Assembly: GCA_016714535.1 (NCBI GenBank)
Contig: JADKDR010000001.1
Span: 466,998 to 530,997 of the forward strand
From: Bacteroidota bacterium
Lineage (GTDB): Bacteria > Bacteroidota > Bacteroidia > AKYH767-A > OLB10
Direction: 5' to 3'
DNA: 64,000 nucleotides
Part shown: one piece after another, positions 53,284 to 62,054 of the stretch
How the letters are laid out: the number at the start of each line of letters is the position of its first letter
Position numbering within the stretch: the stretch's first letter is position 1
Notes under the pieces: model-generated
Seen by the model: the letters and a program-made list of their open reading frames with translations, nothing else
What the model was told of the DNA's origin: nothing
Database searches by the model: none
Program-made: the position numbers and the translations under genes

Positions 53284-54272
53284 TGTTGATTGCCATTGTT
53301 TTGATTATTTGATGCAGTTGCATTAGCAACCTGTACCTGCATAGTGCTTTTAATAAAATCAAAAGCATCGGTCATGCTTCGCTCATTCTCGCCACCTATA
53401 GGAATGGTCTTGGCAAACTTTACCAAATCGGCAAGGGTAAGCATCTCCCTCAACTTAATGTTATCAGTAGCAGCCAATTGCTGAATGGTAGAACTCTGCA
53501 TTATTTCGTCACTAGTAAACTCCATTGCATTTATTCGGTAGCGATGTTCAAGATACTGCCTCATTATATCTGTCAGTTGAGTATGGTACTGCTTGTAGTT
53601 TCCTTGTTGCCAAAGTTTTTGTTCTTTCAATTCATTCAATTTTTCAAATGCAATTTCGTGTGCAGGCCTTGTTGGAATTTTCTTTTCTAAAACTACCGGC
53701 TTCAGTTTTCTTTTGCGTAAAAAATAAATAAGCACACCTGCCAGCACCACCAATGCTATTGCTCCTACTATATACCAGATGTAATCCATAATATCAAACG
53801 GCACATCTATTACCCCTTTAATATCTTTAATAGCCTTGGTAGTATCTACAGGAATTGTTTGTACACCAAGCATGATTGGTTGGGTGCCTATGCCAATGCC
53901 GGTTGCAGAAGAATCAAGGTTGCTTCGCAAATACAAAGGCGGAATGGTATGCAACCCACTATCAAATGAAGTGATTACAATTCGCTGACTTAATAGAAAT
54001 CCATTGGCACTTGCAATCGTATCTATGGTGTCGCGCAATATCACTTCAATCGTATTAAAAGTATCAGGCACTGCAAACCAAATTCCTTTTTCTTTTTGCG
54101 TTAAGGTGGCACTTAAACGCAACGATGTTTGATCACCAATTTTTATAAAATTGGTATCCAGTTTTGCAGAAACCTGTGGTTGGGCATTTACCAATGTAAA
54201 AAAACCAATACACCATGCCAAGCAAAAAGCGAAACAAAATACATTGTGATATTTTACATTAAACATGTTCAT
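53280..54272 (-). CDS. Hypothetical membrane protein of the Bat operon (signal peptide, central TM, C-terminal cytoplasmic coil).
   Basis: Probable start MNMFNVKYHNVFCFAFCLAWCIGFFTLVNAQ. Conserved operon position between the DUF58 gene and batA. Confidence 0.55.
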   Translation of the reverse strand: MNMFNVKYHNVFCFAFCLAWCIGFFTLVNAQPQVSAKLDTNFIKIGDQTSLRLSATLTQKEKGIWFAVPDTFNTIEVILRDTIDTIASANGFLLSQRIVITSFDSGLHTIPPLYLRSNLDSSATGIGIGTQPIMLGVQTIPVDTTKAIKDIKGVIDVPFDIMDYIWYIVGAIALVVLAGVLIYFLRKRKLKPVVLEKKIPTRPAHEIAFEKLNELKEQKLWQQGNYKQYHTQLTDIMRQYLEHRYRINAMEFTSDEIMQSSTIQQLAATDNIKLREMLTLADLVKFAKTIPIGGENERSMTDAFDFIKSTMQVQVANATASNNQNNGNQQ

Positions 54273-54282
54273 TATTTCTCGT

Positions 54283-55155
54283 TTACCTTCTTTCACGTTT
54301 TTTAAATAATGCCATTAATGGTTTCACATAATTCTGGTTAGTGCGCAAGTCCACACCATCTACACCACATTTGATAAGTGTATCATTATGCTGTGCAACA
54401 CGTTTTTCAAAAAACCGTGCATAATAATTTCTTAACGATGCATTGGTTGTATCCACTATGATGCTACGTTTAGTTTCAGAGTCGGTTATTTGCATTAAAC
54501 CTACATTAGGTAATTGTTGCTCGCGCTCATCGTATATGCGCAAGGCAACCAAATCGTGCTTTCGCGCGGCTATTTTAAGCGCATCTTTATAATCGGGCGA
54601 CATAAAATCGGAAATCAAAAAAGAGATAGACCTTTTTTTAATTACATTGGTAAAATATCGCAAGGCCATAGCCACATCGGTTCCGCGACCTTCGGGTTTT
54701 AATTCTATCAGTTCGCGAATAATACGGAGGATATGCGATTTCCCTTTTTTAGGAGGAATAAATTTTTCAATACGGTCGCTAAAAAAAATCACTCCTACCT
54801 TGTCATTATTTTTTATTGCAGAAAAAGAAAGTACTGCACATATCTCAGTAATTAACTCACGCTTAAACTGGTATTGAGTTCCAAACTCTCCGCTTCCACT
54901 TATGTCAACTAATAACACAACCGTTAACTCACGCTCTTCTTCAAAAACTTTAACGTACGGATTATTGAAACGTGCTGTTACATTCCAATCGATACTGCGT
55001 ATATCATCACCGGGAGTATATTCTCTAACTTCGCTAAAAGCCATACCACGACCTTTAAAGGCACTATGATATTCGCCCGAAAAAATCTGATTGCTCAGAC
55101 CACGGGTTTTAATTTCGATTTTTCGAACTTTTTTAATTAACTCCTGCGTTTCCAT
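54283..55155 (-). CDS. DUF58 domain protein (MoxR partner with VWA-like fold).
   Basis: 290 aa. Sits immediately downstream of the MoxR ATPase, as in Bat operons. LLVDISGSGEFG VWA-like motif. Confidence 0.75.
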   Translation of the reverse strand: METQELIKKVRKIEIKTRGLSNQIFSGEYHSAFKGRGMAFSEVREYTPGDDIRSIDWNVTARFNNPYVKVFEEERELTVVLLVDISGSGEFGTQYQFKRELITEICAVLSFSAIKNNDKVGVIFFSDRIEKFIPPKKGKSHILRIIRELIELKPEGRGTDVAMALRYFTNVIKKRSISFLISDFMSPDYKDALKIAARKHDLVALRIYDEREQQLPNVGLMQITDSETKRSIIVDTTNASLRNYYARFFEKRVAQHNDTLIKCGVDGVDLRTNQNYVKPLMALFKKRERR

Positions 55156-55193
55156 CCCTGTAATAGTTTAAGACTTATTTGAGCCAACAAATC

Positions 55194-56180
55194 TTATGGT
55201 ACTTCAACTGCATTAAGTACATCGTTAATTACTTGTTCGGTAGTAACGTTTTCAGCTTCGGCCTCATAGGTAAGCCCAATGCGATGGCGCAACACATCAT
55301 GCGCTATCGCACGCACATCTTCGGGTATTACATATCCTCTACGCTTGATAAATGCAAATGCCTTGGCTGCCAAAGCCAGATTAATACTTGCACGTGGCGA
55401 GCCTCCATAGTTAATCAGCTGCGCCAATTTAGGAAGTTTGTTTTCCTTTGGAAAACGTGTACTAAAAACAATATCTACAATATACTTTTCAATTTTTTCA
55501 TCCATATACACTTCTCTCACAGCCTTGCGAGCGTTCATAATTTGCGGTGTGCTTACTACCGCGTTTATCTTGTTCTCTTCGTTGCTTAAGTTTTGTCTGA
55601 TAATGGATTTTTCTTCTTCCTTACTCGGATAACCAATTACCACCTTGAGCATGAAACGATCTAACTGCGCTTCGGGCAAGGGGTACGTTCCTTCTTGTTC
55701 AATTGGATTTTGTGTGGCAAGCACTAAAAATGGTTGCGGCAATTCGAAGGTGTTTTCTCCTATGGTTACTTGTTTTTCCTGCATGGCTTCGAGCAAGGCA
55801 CTTTGTACCTTGGCAGGAGCGCGGTTAATTTCATCGGCTAAAACAAAGTTGGCAAACACAGGGCCTTTGCGTATTGAGAATTCCTCCTTCTTCTGATTGT
55901 AGATCATGGTGCCAATTAAATCGGCAGGCAACAAGTCAGGAGTAAATTGAATACGCGAAAACTTTGCTTCGATGGCGGTGCTAAGCGATTTTATGGCTAA
56001 GGTCTTAGCCAGGCCCGGAACACCTTCGAGCAAAATGTGCCCATTACTTAGCAAACCAATTAGCAGTCGCTCTATCATATACTTTTGCCCTACTATGGAT
56101 TTTCCTATTTCAAGGTTAATCAAATCTACAAAAGCGCTTTCCTGTTGGATACGCTCGTTTATTTCTTTTATATCAGTCAT
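55194..56180 (-). CDS. moxR: MoxR family AAA+ ATPase.
   Basis: 328 aa. Walker A GHILLEGVPGLAKT, Walker B LLADEINRA, typical MoxR length. Confidence 0.85.
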   Translation of the reverse strand: MTDIKEINERIQQESAFVDLINLEIGKSIVGQKYMIERLLIGLLSNGHILLEGVPGLAKTLAIKSLSTAIEAKFSRIQFTPDLLPADLIGTMIYNQKKEEFSIRKGPVFANFVLADEINRAPAKVQSALLEAMQEKQVTIGENTFELPQPFLVLATQNPIEQEGTYPLPEAQLDRFMLKVVIGYPSKEEEKSIIRQNLSNEENKINAVVSTPQIMNARKAVREVYMDEKIEKYIVDIVFSTRFPKENKLPKLAQLINYGGSPRASINLALAAKAFAFIKRRGYVIPEDVRAIAHDVLRHRIGLTYEAEAENVTTEQVINDVLNAVEVP

Positions 56181-56596
56181 AAGTTTGAATGCGTAATTTT
56201 TACGAGGTGCAATTTTAACACTTTGAGGCCATAACGTTTGTTACACTTGCGTTACATTGAGTTAAAATGTTGTTAATGATATGCGGGCTTTTTTTGTAGA
56301 CCTACCATAATGCTTTGCCTTGGGTTTTCTTCAATTATTTTTTTGTTGGGGAAATTAAAGCAGAAGGGTGAGAGAATTAATAAAATAATATTGAGTGAAT
56401 TATAAAAAGCTTGCTCTAATAAAAACTTTTTCGTTTAATTTGTAATTGCCTAAAAGTTATAAGGGTTACCAAACATTTAAAAACTTAAATCCAATGGAAA
56501 ATCAAAACACATTGCTACAGCTTGCAGAAGAAAATTCCCAATCTTTTTTATCAAACAAGCGTAAAACTTTTTTTCCTAAGAAAAAAAGTTTATTAA

Positions 56597-57850
56597 TTGC
56601 CCCCTGCGCAAATTATAATTTTGTTACCTCTATTTACAATAAACATTCTTAAATCACAGTGTCCTGTAAATCCCAATGTAACATTAATCAATGCAGGAGG
56701 AACCGTTGTTTTACCTTCAGGCACTTATAATGACATTATTATTGATAATGCTACCACAGTCGAAATAAACGCTTCCACAATTATCCAAATGAATCCGGGC
56801 AATAGAATAATAGTGAACCCCGGCAGTACCTTATTCATAAACGATGGCACAATTGAAAATGAAGATGATGAAAACATATTAGAAAGCGAATTGAGAATTG
56901 CGCAGGATATACCTGTTACCCTTGAATATGAGCTGGGTATTTTAGAATTAGCCAAGACTACACTTTATCAACGAATACGCGATAGTATTTTAGATATTGA
57001 TACAAGCACTGTTTTGCAGAATTTTTATAGTCTAAATCAAAATGGCCGTTACAATAATTTTGCTGATGCATCACATTTACGTCTAGATTTTGCAAAAGCA
57101 ATAGATGATTTACACTTAGATTATGAACCACAAATCCAATTAATAAAAAGTTATTTGGAAAATAAAAGCCTTCTGTTGGCTAGTATCGGCACCAACAGCA
57201 ATTTGATTTCTTACAAGACAACCTTAACAAATACATTTGTAATACAAGGTAATATACAACAAAGTGAAATTGCAATGCGAAATGCTTATTTATTAAAAAA
57301 GCCAATCTTAGACGCTCTGCAAACCAACTGGAGCAATAGTATCAGTTCTATTACCGATAATACATTAATGACTACAAATCTTCAACAATTAACGCCAATA
57401 TTAAATAAGATAGTATTTGATAATTTATACTCACTAACCCAAGGGGACATTGAACTTGTTACAACGCTTGCCAATGCATGCCCTTATACTGATGGTGTTG
57501 CTGTTAACTATGCACAAGGTATAATAAAATCGCTTGACCATACCTTTGTAGCAGACAATAAATATAATTGTACACAGGTTGGCATTAATTATAAAGCTTC
57601 GAATGTTGTAAATGATAAAGGGCAACACATTCCATTTTCAATTGTTGATGAAGTAATTTCATTGCCTATTGAGATAATGCAAGATTATATCGAAATAAAT
57701 GTGTTCGACATGTATGGAAAGGTGATAGAAAAAACCAACCCTAACAAGAATACAATAGGCACTACTTCTTGGCCTAATGGAATTTATGTGCTGCAAGTGA
57801 TTAGAAAAAACCGTACTTCTCGAAATTACAAATTTAATCTAGTAAAGTAA
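56597..57850 (+). CDS. Hypothetical secreted protein with T9SS type-A C-terminal domain.
   Basis: TTG start with a hydrophobic N-terminus (MPPAQIIILLPLFTINILKSQ), a beta-helix-like Asn/Thr/Ile-rich N-terminal segment, and a C-terminal NVFDMYGKVIEKT...GIYVLQVIRKNRTSRNYKFNLVK tail. Confidence 0.55.
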   Translation: MPPAQIIILLPLFTINILKSQCPVNPNVTLINAGGTVVLPSGTYNDIIIDNATTVEINASTIIQMNPGNRIIVNPGSTLFINDGTIENEDDENILESELRIAQDIPVTLEYELGILELAKTTLYQRIRDSILDIDTSTVLQNFYSLNQNGRYNNFADASHLRLDFAKAIDDLHLDYEPQIQLIKSYLENKSLLLASIGTNSNLISYKTTLTNTFVIQGNIQQSEIAMRNAYLLKKPILDALQTNWSNSISSITDNTLMTTNLQQLTPILNKIVFDNLYSLTQGDIELVTTLANACPYTDGVAVNYAQGIIKSLDHTFVADNKYNCTQVGINYKASNVVNDKGQHIPFSIVDEVISLPIEIMQDYIEINVFDMYGKVIEKTNPNKNTIGTTSWPNGIYVLQVIRKNRTSRNYKFNLVK

Positions 57851-59349
57851 TGAAGCGCATCTATCTAATTGCCTTTTTGTTTTTGTTGTCAGCCATAGGC
57901 TTTTCACAATCAATGAAAGACAATATTATTTATGGGTCAGGCTTAAATGCTTTTCCGTTGTGGGGTCCTGCTATTATAAAATACTCGAATGGAGTGTTTA
58001 CTAATTATGCCATTAATTCAGGTTTTGGAATTACAATGACTTCATTAGCAGCAAATGACTCAAGCGGCAACTTACTTTTTTATAGTAATGGCTTGTATGT
58101 AAACAATAGATTCCATAATCGAATAAAAGGCTGTGATTCAGTATTTATTGATTCAACTTTCTATACTGACCCGTTTTATCTTGACATAGGCTTAGGTGTA
58201 GCGGATGGGCTTTTCTCTATACCAAAACCCAACGTTCCCCATCACTATCTTGTGTTCCAATTAAACTATGATTTCAGTATTTTTTATCAGGATGCACGGC
58301 TTACTTATTTTGAAGTGGACATGGATGCTGACAGTGGTCGTGGGGAGGTTATCTCATGTAAAACAAATGTAGTGTACGATACGCTTGCCGATGGTTTTTT
58401 ATCAGGCGTAAAGCATGCCAATGGGCGCGATTGGTGGATAGTATGCTTAGAGGCCTTTACCAATAAATACTACAAAGTATTGGTAACACCCGACACCATG
58501 CTGGTAAGTGAACAACTCATTGGACCAATTTTAGATTCTATTGAATATACCGGGCAAGGAAATTTTAGCAACGATGGCAACTGGTATGCACGTGCCGATG
58601 CTAACGGAGGAATTGTAATAATGCAATTTGACCGCTGTACCGGCATGTTTAGTAATCCCATACATGATACCACGCTTATTATGCAATGTGGGGGTGTCGG
58701 CTTTTCGCCAAATAATAAATTCTTGTATGTGTCAACATGGCTCGATTTGTATCAATACAATTTAGAAGATTCGGCAAATATGGTAGCTACTAAAATTCAC
58801 GTAGCGCATACTGATACATTCATTATGCCTAGTTCGCCTTTCTTTAATACCTTTTACAGGCATTTTCTGGGGCCTGATAATAAACTGTATGTAATAACAC
58901 AGGCCAACTACAAAGCCATCAATATTATTAACCAACCCGATAACCTGGGCCTTGCATGCGATGTGCAGCAACATGCTTTTCCATTGCTTAAACTTAATCA
59001 GCGCTCGGCTCCCAATTGGCCTAATTATGATTTAGGCCCAGTGTTGGGTAGTGTGTGCGATAGTTTAGGCCTTGGGGTAACACCTAATGCAGTGTTCCAG
59101 GATTTACGTATCAGTCCCAATCCCGCTATGGAATGGTTCTATATCAACTATACCTTGCCACAGAATACTTCGGCATTGGCAGTGTTGTACGATATAATGG
59201 GCACCCGCATAGACCAACGAATGTTGTATGGCCACTTTGCTTCGCTGCGGTGGGATTTGCCGCACTTGTCAACAGGGGTGTATATGTTGCATATTACAGG
59301 CAAGGGGATTAACACTTGTAAACGTGTTATGGTCATTGACTCGCAATAA
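57850..59349 (+). CDS. Hypothetical secreted protein with T9SS type-A C-terminal domain.
   Basis: Signal peptide MKRIYLIAFLFLLSAIGFSQ. C-terminal RISPNPAMEWFYINYTL...GVYMLHITGKGINTCKRVMVIDSQ. Confidence 0.6.
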   Translation: MKRIYLIAFLFLLSAIGFSQSMKDNIIYGSGLNAFPLWGPAIIKYSNGVFTNYAINSGFGITMTSLAANDSSGNLLFYSNGLYVNNRFHNRIKGCDSVFIDSTFYTDPFYLDIGLGVADGLFSIPKPNVPHHYLVFQLNYDFSIFYQDARLTYFEVDMDADSGRGEVISCKTNVVYDTLADGFLSGVKHANGRDWWIVCLEAFTNKYYKVLVTPDTMLVSEQLIGPILDSIEYTGQGNFSNDGNWYARADANGGIVIMQFDRCTGMFSNPIHDTTLIMQCGGVGFSPNNKFLYVSTWLDLYQYNLEDSANMVATKIHVAHTDTFIMPSSPFFNTFYRHFLGPDNKLYVITQANYKAINIINQPDNLGLACDVQQHAFPLLKLNQRSAPNWPNYDLGPVLGSVCDSLGLGVTPNAVFQDLRISPNPAMEWFYINYTLPQNTSALAVLYDIMGTRIDQRMLYGHFASLRWDLPHLSTGVYMLHITGKGINTCKRVMVIDSQ

Positions 59350-59542
59350 TATTGGGAGGTAATACGGGAGAGGTGAAAAACATAGAACTGCACTATGGTG
59401 AGAAGTGAATAAATAAGCAACTGATTAAATAGCCAAACCAGAGCGACAGGTTAATAGAAAATGCAAAAAACATCAACATAGCCCCAGCGGGGCGACACAA
59501 ATAAAATCATAATGGGTATCACAAATTTTCCCTCGCTACAGA

Positions 59543-59663
59543 AAGCGTCCACACTTGTGGCCGTTTATTATCGCAATGCTTTCAATGAAATATTTCTATG
59601 ACAAGTAATAAAAATGAATGGATATTACACAAACGTGCTATAGGCCACAAGCGTGGACGCTTG
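59543..59663. repeat. 20 bp inverted repeat (AAGCGTCCACACTTGTGGCC / GGCCACAAGCGTGGACGCTT, 19 of 20 match) enclosing an ~81 nt AT-rich spacer.
   Basis: Seen directly, in the intergenic region between two convergent T9SS cargo genes. Confidence 0.4.
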
Positions 59664-59758
59664 CGGGAGATGTGAGTTGCACGAATTAGAACAAAGGAAA
59701 ATTCCTATAGCCTGAAGGTTAATAAAATCGACTAGTTTCCTTTTGGAATGCAAATTAC

Positions 59759-59782
59759 AGCCCATGGCATCTGCCATGGGCT
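59759..59782. terminator. Perfect 11 bp hairpin AGCCCATGGCA-tc-TGCCATGGGCT just downstream of the minus-strand FG-GAP gene.
   Basis: Seen directly. A/T-rich flanks on both sides, so it may terminate transcription from either strand. Confidence 0.5.
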
Positions 59783-59790
59783 ATGTTAAT

Positions 59791-61998
59791 TTACAATTTT
59801 ATCAACCTATACCCACCCGTTGCATTTTCAATGACCAACGTATATACTCCCGGTGACATACTACTGATATCAATGACGTTGTTGTAGGCCGTTAGCCTTG
59901 CACTTTTTACTTCCTGGCCAAGCGATGAAAAAATTCTTACCATAAAGGAAGATGTGTTATTCAAAATAGTTTTTGAAACGGTAACCGTATTAGTTGCCGG
60001 ATTTGGAAAAACGGAATACGCTGATGAAGCTACCTGCTCTTCAACAGCGCTAGCGCTGTTGTAATAGATGCCTAGTCCTCCGCTGCGGTTACCAATGCAT
60101 AAATCCATTGATCCATTGCCATTAATATCAAATACTGCGGGAGCTATATTCGGCCCTTCGGTACCATTAATTAATGTTTGTCCCAAATTATAATTGCCCA
60201 TCATGTTGCCATCTATATTGTCATATATGTACACATTACCCGATTCGCTGCCTATAGCAAGTTTAGTTACACCATTTTCTTTATAAAATGCCGGTGCTGC
60301 ATATCCGGTTATGGCAAATATGGGTGCCACATTTATGCCCCCTAAGGTATCTTTGGTTGGTATATTGCTGAACTGTGGGCTTGCTGCAGTTCCGGTGTTT
60401 TCAAAATATTGCATCCAACCTCTTCGCCTTCCAATTACTAAATCGAGTCTACCATCTGCATTCAAATCTATAATCTGCGGCATGCTATAATTACCCACAT
60501 CAATGCTAAAATAGTTTGGGCTTGTCAATACAAAATTGGCAACACTACCAATAGGGTTATTTGCAAAATAATGCAACTGCCCATCTTCAGTACCAATAAT
60601 CATGTCTATATCTCCATCGTTATCCATATCACCAAACGAAGGTGTTGCTCCTCCGGTAGCGAGGTTAAGTGAATTAACATCTGCAAAATTGCGATCTATT
60701 AATTCAAACTGTGGTGCTTGTGCGGTACCAATATTTTTCAATAACATCAATCCGGTTTTTATTCCATTTTCCTCTGGAAAATATTTTTCGTTACCGACCA
60801 CTAAATCCATCAGACCATCGCCATTATAATCGAAAAATTGTGGGAATGCATACGCTCCCGTTTCTATCATATCGCGTTGCAGAAAAAGACTATCGTTAAA
60901 ATGAAAATAAGGATCCTGTGTAGTCGATGTATCTGTATAAAGCCAAACAGAATGATTATTATAATCGCGTATGGCGCAAAACAAAATGTCTTTGCGTCCG
61001 TCATTGTTGGCATCGCTCAAACCATGTTGAATAAATGTTTTTACTTCTGCAGGTTTATCGTACGAAGGAAACGACTGATCTTGACTATCGGCAATGGGCA
61101 AAAAATTATCGCCACCATTGTGCGCCATAAGTGAAAACTCTGAATTCACATCACCAAATAATAATTCAGGATCACCATCACCATCTTCATCAAAAGCGGT
61201 AAGGCTGCTCAGTGTGTCATCACGCTTAGCTGCATCCGAAGGGTTGTAATCAGCATACCATTCATCAATCGGATTTTTTGCAAACAAACTGCATGTGGCA
61301 TTAAACTGGCATACTCCATTTGTTCCTAAACATAAAACCATTTTGCCCCAGCAAAATGTATCGGTAACAAAAATGAGAGAATCACAACCAAACCCTAACT
61401 GACTTGATTTATTGCGATGCAAGAAAACGGTTCCATCTGGAAAATTAGGCCAGGCAAAAATGTCAAGGTCGGTGTCGTTATCCAAATCCCAAAAAGTAAT
61501 TGCTTGTTCGGAGCTTGCATATATATTGGTGGGCAGTGGTCCAAAGTTTGTCATAAGTTGAGAGGTAACCAAGGTAAACTGCACATTGCCCGTAGTGGAT
61601 GTATTTTTATAAACTGCCACATTGCCCTGTATATTGCTATGTGTAAAAATATCGGCCTTGCCATCACAATCATAATCCTGACAAAGTATCCAATCTTTGA
61701 ATTGGGTAAAGTATTGAGCATACTCTACAGCGTACTGATAGCTGGTATTTCCGGCACTTCCTTTATTAAGAAAAACAGAAGGCTTATTTGTTTTCATATC
61801 AAAAAACAACAAGTCGTTTTTTCCATCCAAGTCAATATCAATTTCAGAAGGAATACAATTATTAAGCCCACCTGCCCAAGGGTCGGCAAGCGTATTGCCA
61901 TTGTGTGTAACCATTGGATTAGCCCTAAAATAAAATTGGGCCGTAGAAATTTTTACAATTACCAGTACAACAAAAGCTGTACACAAAATTTTATTCAT
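59791..61998 (-). CDS. FG-GAP/VCBS repeat protein with T9SS type-A C-terminal domain.
   Basis: 735 aa. Signal peptide. Multiple DxDxDG calcium-binding FG-GAP loops (DLNADGRLDLVIG, DYNGDGLMDLVVG, DMDNDGDIDMIIG, DINGNGSMDLCIG). C-terminal YSVFPNPATNTVTVS...GVYTLVIENATGGYRLIKL. Confidence 0.7.
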   Translation of the reverse strand: MNKILCTAFVVLVIVKISTAQFYFRANPMVTHNGNTLADPWAGGLNNCIPSEIDIDLDGKNDLLFFDMKTNKPSVFLNKGSAGNTSYQYAVEYAQYFTQFKDWILCQDYDCDGKADIFTHSNIQGNVAVYKNTSTTGNVQFTLVTSQLMTNFGPLPTNIYASSEQAITFWDLDNDTDLDIFAWPNFPDGTVFLHRNKSSQLGFGCDSLIFVTDTFCWGKMVLCLGTNGVCQFNATCSLFAKNPIDEWYADYNPSDAAKRDDTLSSLTAFDEDGDGDPELLFGDVNSEFSLMAHNGGDNFLPIADSQDQSFPSYDKPAEVKTFIQHGLSDANNDGRKDILFCAIRDYNNHSVWLYTDTSTTQDPYFHFNDSLFLQRDMIETGAYAFPQFFDYNGDGLMDLVVGNEKYFPEENGIKTGLMLLKNIGTAQAPQFELIDRNFADVNSLNLATGGATPSFGDMDNDGDIDMIIGTEDGQLHYFANNPIGSVANFVLTSPNYFSIDVGNYSMPQIIDLNADGRLDLVIGRRRGWMQYFENTGTAASPQFSNIPTKDTLGGINVAPIFAITGYAAPAFYKENGVTKLAIGSESGNVYIYDNIDGNMMGNYNLGQTLINGTEGPNIAPAVFDINGNGSMDLCIGNRSGGLGIYYNSASAVEEQVASSAYSVFPNPATNTVTVSKTILNNTSSFMVRIFSSLGQEVKSARLTAYNNVIDISSMSPGVYTLVIENATGGYRLIKL

Positions 61999-62054
61999 GT
62001 TGAAGTGATTTTATTTATAAACGAATTTAAAGCAAAAGTGTTTGATGTCTGATT

